Shown here: one piece after another, positions 22,842 through 29,319 of the stretch
Layout of the letters: every line of letters begins with the position of its first letter
How positions within the stretch are numbered: position 1 is the stretch's first letter
Origin: a virus
Strand: one strand, 5' to 3'
DNA: 39,805 bases
Virus record (IMG/VR): IMGVR_UViG_3300039449_000008
Program-made: the position numbers and the translations under genes
The notes under the pieces: model-generated
Told to the model about the DNA's origin: nothing
The model's database searches: none
The model's input: only the letters and a program-made list of their open reading frames with translations

Positions 22842-23114
22842 ATGTCAAAAGATCTTCATCTAAATCTAAAGGGCTGCTATTTCGATGATATAGCAGCGAA
22901 CAAAAAGCCCTTTGAATATCGCTTAAAAAATGAATATTGGCGTCGTCGATTAGAAGGCCGACATTACGACAATATACATATTAAAAAAGGATATCCGAAG
23001 GCAACAGACACAAGCCGAATAATCACAAAGCCATACCGTGGTTATGAAGAGCAAACAATCACACACCCGCACTTTGGGCCTTTGCCGGTTGAGGTTTATG
23101 CAATCCATGTCTAA
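22842..23114 (+). CDS. ASCH-domain-like small protein.
   Basis: LNLKGCYFDDIAANKKPFEYRLKNEYWRRRL matches the ASCH N-terminal pattern (F..I..G.K..E.R). Confidence 0.45.
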   Translation: MSKDLHLNLKGCYFDDIAANKKPFEYRLKNEYWRRRLEGRHYDNIHIKKGYPKATDTSRIITKPYRGYEEQTITHPHFGPLPVEVYAIHV

Positions 23115-23310
23115 TTCAACCAAAGAAACAAATTTATCGGAAAATTTAGCAAAAAGAATTAGAGCGGCGTTAGGTGATTTTAATGATGACAATGAACCAG
23201 TTACGGCATTGGTTAAGTCAGTCGCCCGCCGATTATCTGCAATCGAGGCCGCCAAGAACTTAGGTTCTGATATTGATCGAATGCGCGAAAAACACTGTAA
23301 AACAAGCTAA
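23107..23310 (+). CDS. Hypothetical 67-aa protein.
   Basis: The ATG overlaps the ASCH stop (ATGTCTAA). Last gene before the late-operon leader. Confidence 0.4.
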   Translation: MSNSTKETNLSENLAKRIRAALGDFNDDNEPVTALVKSVARRLSAIEAAKNLGSDIDRMREKHCKTS

Positions 23311-23446
23311 TTACTACTTAATTAAATTATTTTGCTACTTAAGTATTTACATGTCATATAAAAAACGGCATTTTTTCTATACTGCGAAAAATTCTGTATA
23401 GAGGTCTATCACATCGAGAGAGGCCCACATGTAAAACAATCTTTAA

Positions 23447-23469
23447 ACCGGCCTTGCGCCGGTTTTTTT
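23447..23469 (+). terminator. Rho-independent terminator in the leader of the lysis/late operon.
   Basis: Stem accggc/gccggt (6 bp), loop cttgc, then a T7 run, 48 nt upstream of the holin start. Confidence 0.7.
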
Positions 23470-23516
23470 ATGTCGCGCATTCGCGCTGGGTAGTCACCCA
23501 ATAACGAGATGGTCAG

Positions 23517-23831
23517 ATGCCTGAGAAAGAAACAATAGACACGACAGTCGGTTTTTGGGCTGACAATCATTTGTATATTTCCATGGCGGTTTTTATGTCT
23601 GTAGTAGTTGCTTATAGATTAGTAGGCACGGAGCCAATCAATATTCGCCGCTTAGCTGGCGAATTGATTCTGGCTTTAGTTGGCGCGGGTGTATTTCACG
23701 CGCTAGGCCTTCTTAAGGGGCTTTCTGGTCCTGAGTATTGGCTAATGATATTTCTTGCTGCCATGGGCGGTTTACGCTCGATTGAGTGGTCTTTAAAAGT
23801 GTTTATTGCGTTAAAAAAGGTGTCTATCTAA
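23517..23831 (+). CDS. Holin candidate.
   Basis: 104 aa with three hydrophobic segments (ISMAVFMSVVVAYRLV, LILALVGAGVFHALGLL, YWLMIFLAAMGGL). Immediately upstream of the endolysin, overlapping it by TAATG. Confidence 0.6.
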   Translation: MPEKETIDTTVGFWADNHLYISMAVFMSVVVAYRLVGTEPINIRRLAGELILALVGAGVFHALGLLKGLSGPEYWLMIFLAAMGGLRSIEWSLKVFIALKKVSI

Positions 23832-24262
23832 TGTCAGGTTTAAAGTTTGGTAAACGTTCTGAATCAAACTTACAGACCTGTGATGACCGCCTTCAGCGAA
23901 TAGCACGCCGCGTGTTGTCTTATGGTGTGACTGATTTTTCAGTAATTGAAGGCCATCGCACATTAGAACGCCAGCTATCCATTTATCACGCCGGTAAGAG
24001 TCAGATCGACGGCGTAAACAAAAAGGGTAAGCATAACGAATATCCAAGCCAAGCCATCGATGTATTGCCATATCCTGCCGTCGTTAACGGTGTCGACGTA
24101 TGGGCCGATAAACAGCGCTTTTGTGTACTAGCTGGTTTATTTATGGCCGCCGCCGCTGAAGAGGGCGTATCTATCCGGTGGGGCGGCGATTGGGATAACG
24201 ACGGCAATAACGCTGACAGCAACTTTAACGATTTACCACACATCGAATTAATAGAGGCCTAA
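23831..24262 (+). CDS. Endolysin, peptidase M15 (VanY / L-Ala-D-Glu peptidase-like).
   Basis: EGHRTLERQ, KHNEYPSQAIDV and NDLPHIEL correspond to the H...D...H zinc-ligand pattern of the M15 family. Confidence 0.8.
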   Translation: MSGLKFGKRSESNLQTCDDRLQRIARRVLSYGVTDFSVIEGHRTLERQLSIYHAGKSQIDGVNKKGKHNEYPSQAIDVLPYPAVVNGVDVWADKQRFCVLAGLFMAAAAEEGVSIRWGGDWDNDGNNADSNFNDLPHIELIEA

Positions 24263-24263
24263 A

Positions 24264-24815
24264 ATGAAATCAATAATCACCGTCATGATTACCATGGCAT
24301 TGTTTGCCTGTGCATCATCCCCAGCACTGGCCGCCAACGGCGAAAAGACAGCGTTTATGTTTGGCCTACTGGATAGCCTAGTCATTAATAAAGCCACTGA
24401 TTCGACAGTAGCAAATGACAAAGAAACAGAGAAAGAGACCACGGTAAATGATGCCGTATTAGCAGCACCTAAACCAGTTACTGACAGTAATCATAACGCT
24501 GATGGTGCTTTAGTTGCCGCTGCACTGGTTGGATTGATCGTTAATAAATATCCGGTTGGTTCGACAGTGGTGGCCTTACTCATTGCGCTGATGCCTCTGC
24601 TGCAGTTATTAGCTAACAGTACACCAAACCCAAAAGACAACGCGTTATTAATATTTATTAATAAGGTGCTGCAATCGTTAACACTGACCAGCTCAAAGAA
24701 TCAAATTAACACAGCGTCATGGTCGACATTATTAACGACCCGGCCAAAGTATTGGCCCGATGCGATCCGGACAGAGGATGTGTTGAAGGTGCACAAGAAA
24801 GTAACAGACAACTGA
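24264..24815 (+). CDS. Lipoprotein with an internal hydrophobic hairpin, in the third lysis-cassette position (possible spanin-like function).
   Basis: Lipobox MKSIITVMITMALFAC. Hydrophobic stretch GALVAAALVGLIVNKYPVGSTVVALLIALMPLLQLL. Confidence 0.45.
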   Translation: MKSIITVMITMALFACASSPALAANGEKTAFMFGLLDSLVINKATDSTVANDKETEKETTVNDAVLAAPKPVTDSNHNADGALVAAALVGLIVNKYPVGSTVVALLIALMPLLQLLANSTPNPKDNALLIFINKVLQSLTLTSSKNQINTASWSTLLTTRPKYWPDAIRTEDVLKVHKKVTDN

Positions 24816-25087
24816 CTTCCCCAGCGCGGCCACCCACCGCGCAATCTCTAACCACTTCGGTGGTTTCCCCCGCCGTCTAAGTCAGGCTACCCACTTGGCT
24901 TAGGCGGCTCCCTTACTAAAAGTTAAGGTAAGAATATTTTTTAATAATGGTTATTATTGATTAAGAAATACCTTTAAAATCAATGGGTTATACACGATAC
25001 CCCCCTAGTCTAGGTTCTCCCCAGAACCCCCCACGTCGTGGGCTAGATGGGCACGGAAAGTGTGTAGCTAAGGGTAAAAAAAATTAA
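24816..25087. other. Probable cos/packaging-recognition region.
   Basis: Non-coding 272 bp directly upstream of terS. It holds three GC-rich hairpins (24824-24842, 24850-24865, 24870-24907), an AT-rich block and C6 tracts flanking the ggttct-cccc-agaacc hairpin (24999-25032). Confidence 0.35.
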
Positions 25088-25138
25088 AGCGTTTCCGTTT
25101 CCGTTTTACGGAAAACCGGAAAACCGGAATTACGTAAA
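25088..25138. promoter_or_regulatory. Iteron array T, with units in inverted orientation, plus AATTACGTAAA abutting the terS ATG.
   Basis: gcgtttccgtttccgttttacggaaaaccggaaaaccggaattacgtaaaATG. Confidence 0.75.
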
Positions 25139-25699
25139 ATGGCAACTCAAACCGAAGTCGCAAAACATCTTTTTATCAGCGACCGCCAAGTTCGTAATTT
25201 GATTACAGACGGCGTATTTGCTGGCACGAAGGGCAAAGGCGGTTTAGATATCGACGACTGTAGAAAGCGTTATATCGGCTATTTGCGCAGCATTAAAACT
25301 GGGCAAACAAATCCCGACTCAGAAAGCGGAAGTGATACCGCACCGGGTGACATCGTCGGCGGCATTAATATTCCGCTTCAAGATGCACGAAAAAAGAAGG
25401 CTGATGCAGATATTCGCGAGCACCGGCTCGCTGTTATGCGTCAAGAATACGCGCCGGTCATGCTGCTATCTGATGCCGTTATACGACTATCAGAAATGAT
25501 GGTTGCGCAGCTTCAAGCGCTGCCGATGAAATTAAAAGTGGCTGACCCGTCAATGACGGCGCGGTCAGTCGATGCGGCGAAAAAACAAATCGCTGATTTA
25601 TGCAACGGGCTGGCTGACATTGAACTCGACCTATCTGACTACACTCCAGTCGATCCGGACGGCAGTCAGGAAGGGGCTGAACCCGCTACGGATATCTAA
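25139..25699 (+). CDS. terS: Terminase small subunit (lambda Nu1-like).
   Basis: N-terminal HTH TQTEVAKHLFISDRQVRNLITDGVF..GTKGKGG, similar to Nu1 (KKQLADIFGASIRTIQNWQEQGMPV..GGGKG). Directly upstream of terL. Confidence 0.75.
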   Translation: MATQTEVAKHLFISDRQVRNLITDGVFAGTKGKGGLDIDDCRKRYIGYLRSIKTGQTNPDSESGSDTAPGDIVGGINIPLQDARKKKADADIREHRLAVMRQEYAPVMLLSDAVIRLSEMMVAQLQALPMKLKVADPSMTARSVDAAKKQIADLCNGLADIELDLSDYTPVDPDGSQEGAEPATDI

Positions 25700-27584
25700 G
25701 CCGTTAACGGCGGTTGAGTGGTCAGACAAGCATTTTTATTTATCGCCAGAATCGTCTTATGTTGAAGGTCCGTGGACCACGCAGCCGGTTCAAATCGTCC
25801 CCTTAAATCTGATGGGGAATGACGATGTAACAGAATTCTCTATGCGCAAATCAGCGCGAATCGGTTACACGAAAATGCTCACCGCTGCAGTGCTTTACCT
25901 CGGTGAACATAAAAAACGAAATTTAGGTATCTGGCGCGAAGACGATGGCGCGGCGGCTGAATATGTAAACCTCGAACTTGATCCAGCGATTCGAGACTGT
26001 AAGCCAGTCGCAAAAATATTCCCTGATATTCACAAGAAATCAGAAAAAAATAAGGTCGATGAAAAGCACTTAACCGGCTTTTCTATCCACATACGTGGCG
26101 GTCAGGCTGCAGGTGGTTACCGAGCACTATCAAAAGACGTAATCGTAGGCGATGAAATCGACGGTTTTGTCGCCCAGGTACGTGGGAAATCTTCAAACGA
26201 AGGTAACCCAATATTGCTGATGAAAAAACGCTTAGTTGGTTCGAGTTTTCCGAAAGGAATTTTCGGTACCACTCCGACTACTAGCGGAAATTCACACATT
26301 GAAAAGCTCGAAAAAAACGCTGACGTTCGCTTGCGTTGTGAGATCCCTTGCCCGCATTGCGATACGTACCAAGTTTTAAAATTTGGTGATGGTCGCCAGC
26401 CGTATGGTTTCCGCTGGATCGATGACAATCCTGAAACAGTGCAGTACCAGTGCGAACATTGCGCCGCGTTATTCAAGTACACCGATTACCTCGACATCCA
26501 GCCACGATGTGTTTGGCGCGACCGTGAAAACGACATAGAAACCCGCGACGGTTTGTTTTTTTACTCGATCAGCACAGGTCACGAACGCCCAACACCAAAA
26601 CGCGTCTGCGTGATTGTATGGGCCGCGTATAGCCCAACGTCGCCGTGGTCCCAGATCGTACAAGAATGGCTCGACAGCAAAGATAACCGCAGCACATTAC
26701 AGGTATTTAGAAACACCACGCTTGGCGAATACTGGCACGAAGGCGTCAGTAAAAAGATGAGCGCGGATTCACTATTTCGCCGCCGCGAATATTACCCCCG
26801 CGTAGACGGTGAGTTACGCATACCCAACGGCGTGCAATACATAACGGCTGGCGTAGATACCCAAGACAATCGTTTTGCTTATGAAATTGTCGGATGGGGC
26901 GCAGACAAAGAAAATTGGTCGCTCGAATATAAAGAAATTTTGGGCCGCCCTGACGACTTAGCAATACAAGATTTGATCGTCGAAAAAATGCGTCGGAATT
27001 TTTACCGTGAAGATGGTCTGGCCTTGCCGGTTAGTGTTGTATTTCACGATGCCGGCGGCTCGTTTTATGACGAAGTGCTGGCCATGGCCGCGCGTGTTGA
27101 TCCGGAGTGGTGGATACCCTGCAAGGGTGACTACGCCGTAGGTACCTCATACATAAAAATGAGTGACACCAAGCGCCCGAAAGAAGCTGGCTGTTATTTG
27201 TTTATGGTGGGCACCACGACCGTTGGTGACATGGTTTATCGTCAAACGAAAATCCATGATCCAGAACCAATTTGCCACTGGCCCGTGACCTCAGAAGAAA
27301 GCGGCGATTTCAGCGGCCACGACCAGCGTTATTTTGAAATGTTTGCCTCAGAAGCGCGAACACTAAAAAACGTAAAAGGCCGTGATGTATGGCTATGGGA
27401 ATGCCCGAAGGGCACCAGAAACGAAGCGTGGGATTGTCGACGATACGCCACCGCCGCTGTGATATTTGCCGAGCAATACAGCGGCGTCGATTTACGCACC
27501 TACAAGCCGAAGCACGTAATTAAAAAACCAAATAAACCCGCGCCTCGCGCACGTAAAAAATCAGATTACTGGAACCGAAATTAA
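25572..27584 (+). CDS. terL: Terminase large subunit (lambda gpA family).
   Basis: TAVEWSDKHFYLSPESSYVEGPWTT parallels gpA TAVEWADANYYLPKESAYQEGRW. Walker B VIVGDEIDGF. CPHCDTYQ...CEHCAALF zinc motif. The start is uncertain: the ATG at 25572 gives a 128-nt overlap with terS. Confidence 0.9.
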   Translation: MRRKNKSLIYATGWLTLNSTYLTTLQSIRTAVRKGLNPLRISKPLTAVEWSDKHFYLSPESSYVEGPWTTQPVQIVPLNLMGNDDVTEFSMRKSARIGYTKMLTAAVLYLGEHKKRNLGIWREDDGAAAEYVNLELDPAIRDCKPVAKIFPDIHKKSEKNKVDEKHLTGFSIHIRGGQAAGGYRALSKDVIVGDEIDGFVAQVRGKSSNEGNPILLMKKRLVGSSFPKGIFGTTPTTSGNSHIEKLEKNADVRLRCEIPCPHCDTYQVLKFGDGRQPYGFRWIDDNPETVQYQCEHCAALFKYTDYLDIQPRCVWRDRENDIETRDGLFFYSISTGHERPTPKRVCVIVWAAYSPTSPWSQIVQEWLDSKDNRSTLQVFRNTTLGEYWHEGVSKKMSADSLFRRREYYPRVDGELRIPNGVQYITAGVDTQDNRFAYEIVGWGADKENWSLEYKEILGRPDDLAIQDLIVEKMRRNFYREDGLALPVSVVFHDAGGSFYDEVLAMAARVDPEWWIPCKGDYAVGTSYIKMSDTKRPKEAGCYLFMVGTTTVGDMVYRQTKIHDPEPICHWPVTSEESGDFSGHDQRYFEMFASEARTLKNVKGRDVWLWECPKGTRNEAWDCRRYATAAVIFAEQYSGVDLRTYKPKHVIKKPNKPAPRARKKSDYWNRN

Positions 27585-27793
27585 TGGCAGACAAAGCAGC
27601 ACAATTAGACGCCATAAATAATGCAATCGCGTCCGGCTTAACTGAATTCACGTTCGATGGCCAGATATCTAAATACCGCTCACTGTCAGAAATGCGCGAT
27701 ATCCGCGACGAATTACGCCGCGAACTAGGTCAGATTACTAGCTCACGTACCAGCCGAGCTCGCACGTTTTCCAGTTACGACAAAGGCTATTAA
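27584..27793 (+). CDS. Head-tail joining protein (gpW-like).
   Basis: 69 aa in the position between terL and the portal. Helical pattern AAQLDAINNAI...YRSLSEMRDIRDELRREL, as in gpW. Confidence 0.65.
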   Translation: MADKAAQLDAINNAIASGLTEFTFDGQISKYRSLSEMRDIRDELRRELGQITSSRTSRARTFSSYDKGY

Positions 27794-27795
27794 AA

Positions 27796-29319
27796 ATGAA
27801 CCCTATTGATAGCCTAGTCTCATTTTTTAACCCGGTAGCCGGTGCCAAGCGGATGGCCGCCCGCACGTCATTAAAATCATTAAAGCGCATGAGCGCCAAA
27901 ATGAACTACGACGCCGCAGGCCGTGGCCGCCGTGGAATGAAAAACAAAGGCGATCCGTCCGCTAAAACAGTGGGCCGTAATAACCTAATAATTTTGCGGC
28001 GCAATATGCGCGAACTAGGCAGAAACAACAGTATTATTAAATCAGCGGTATCTGCCAAAACTGCGCACACAATCGGCACCGGAATTCGCCCAAACATTAC
28101 GCCCATCGCAAAAACAAAAGCGGCAAAGAAAAAGTCCGATGACCTGCAATCAAAAATAAACGCATGGTGCAGTTCAACCGGCTCCGACCTTTACGGTCGA
28201 AATGATTTCTATGGTTACCAGCACCTAGCATTTCAAACCATGATCAGCAGCGGCGAATGTCTAATCATTCGTCAGCAAACCCAAGAGCCAACAACCGGCA
28301 TTCCGCTGCAATTAAAAATACTCGACGGCGACCACCTCGACCACACAAAAAACGGCAAAAATGCCGACACTGGAAACGACGTAATTGACGGCGTAGAGCT
28401 AAACAGCGATGAAAAAGCTGTAGCGTACTGGATATTTGACGAACACCCCGGCGACATTGGCTTGTACCGTGGCCACAACTTAAAATCAAATCGTATACTC
28501 GCTGACGATGTCATACACCTATACGAAACCCTACGCCCCGGCCAGATCCGTGGTTTGCCGCGCGGCCTAGCGTCAGCGCAAAAAGCAAAAAGTTTAGACG
28601 AATTTCAAGACGCCCGCCTTGAACAAATGAAAGTCGCCGCCTGCATGGTTGGCGTTGTAACAGATAACAGCATTGGTCCAAACGCTGAAGGTAGTACGCC
28701 AGAAGCATTGCCCGAACAATTAACACCCGGCCTATTACTTGAACTTGGTCGCGGCCAAGGTTTCGCATTTAACCAACCGCCTAGCGTATCCGGGCAACAT
28801 GATTTTGTGACAGAGCAACTGCACGACATTGCGGCAGATTGGGATATCACCTACCAAGCATTAACCCAAGATTTAAAACAGGTGAACTTTACCAGCGGTC
28901 GAATGGGCTGGCTCGACATGTATCGCAAAGTCGATACCGATCGAAGCCGAATTATCATACCGATTTTATTAAATCGCGTATGGCAATGGTTATCTGAAGC
29001 GCTCGAACTCACAGGCCAACCGGCGCGCAACATGCGCTGTCAGTGGATACCGCCACGCCGTGAAATGTTTGACCCAACAAAAGAAATCCCGCCGCTGATT
29101 AAAGCAGTACGCGCGGGATTAAAACCAATGCAGCGCGCATTGATCGAGCAGGGCGACGACCCTGACGAAATCATTAATCAATTTGCGTCGTGGAATGAAA
29201 TGGTTGATCGATTAAACCTGATTTTTGACACCGATCCGCGTCGCGTATCAGGTGCAGGAAACACCATTCCAGCGACCGAAGCCGAATCCGGAAAAGAGAA
29301 CATCGACGATGAAGAATAA
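27796..29319 (+). CDS. Portal protein (lambda gpB family).
   Basis: 507-aa ORF after gpW. N-terminal NPVAGAKRMAARTSL...NYDAAGRGRR is typical of lambda-type portals. Confidence 0.85.
   Translation: MNPIDSLVSFFNPVAGAKRMAARTSLKSLKRMSAKMNYDAAGRGRRGMKNKGDPSAKTVGRNNLIILRRNMRELGRNNSIIKSAVSAKTAHTIGTGIRPNITPIAKTKAAKKKSDDLQSKINAWCSSTGSDLYGRNDFYGYQHLAFQTMISSGECLIIRQQTQEPTTGIPLQLKILDGDHLDHTKNGKNADTGNDVIDGVELNSDEKAVAYWIFDEHPGDIGLYRGHNLKSNRILADDVIHLYETLRPGQIRGLPRGLASAQKAKSLDEFQDARLEQMKVAACMVGVVTDNSIGPNAEGSTPEALPEQLTPGLLLELGRGQGFAFNQPPSVSGQHDFVTEQLHDIAADWDITYQALTQDLKQVNFTSGRMGWLDMYRKVDTDRSRIIIPILLNRVWQWLSEALELTGQPARNMRCQWIPPRREMFDPTKEIPPLIKAVRAGLKPMQRALIEQGDDPDEIINQFASWNEMVDRLNLIFDTDPRRVSGAGNTIPATEAESGKENIDDEE

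Noticed and set aside
24820-24910. Three consecutive stem-loops considered as a tRNA or tmRNA-like gene.
   Set aside because: There is no acceptor stem pairing of the two ends, no GTTCRANYC T-loop and no D-loop motif. The hairpins are serial rather than cloverleaf. Packaging or terminator structures explain them better.
14356-25138. The TTTTCCGG arrays considered as a CRISPR array or as classical replication iterons.
   Set aside because: The units are 8 bp and directly abutting, with no spacers, and no cas genes are present, so this is not CRISPR. Rep-binding iterons are usually about 17-22 bp and clustered at one origin, whereas these are dispersed at operon starts.
29225-29308. The TTG-initiated 28-codon extension of the protease-capsid ORF.
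   Set aside because: It lies entirely inside the portal gene 3' end. The ATG at 29309 gives the usual short overlap with the portal stop.
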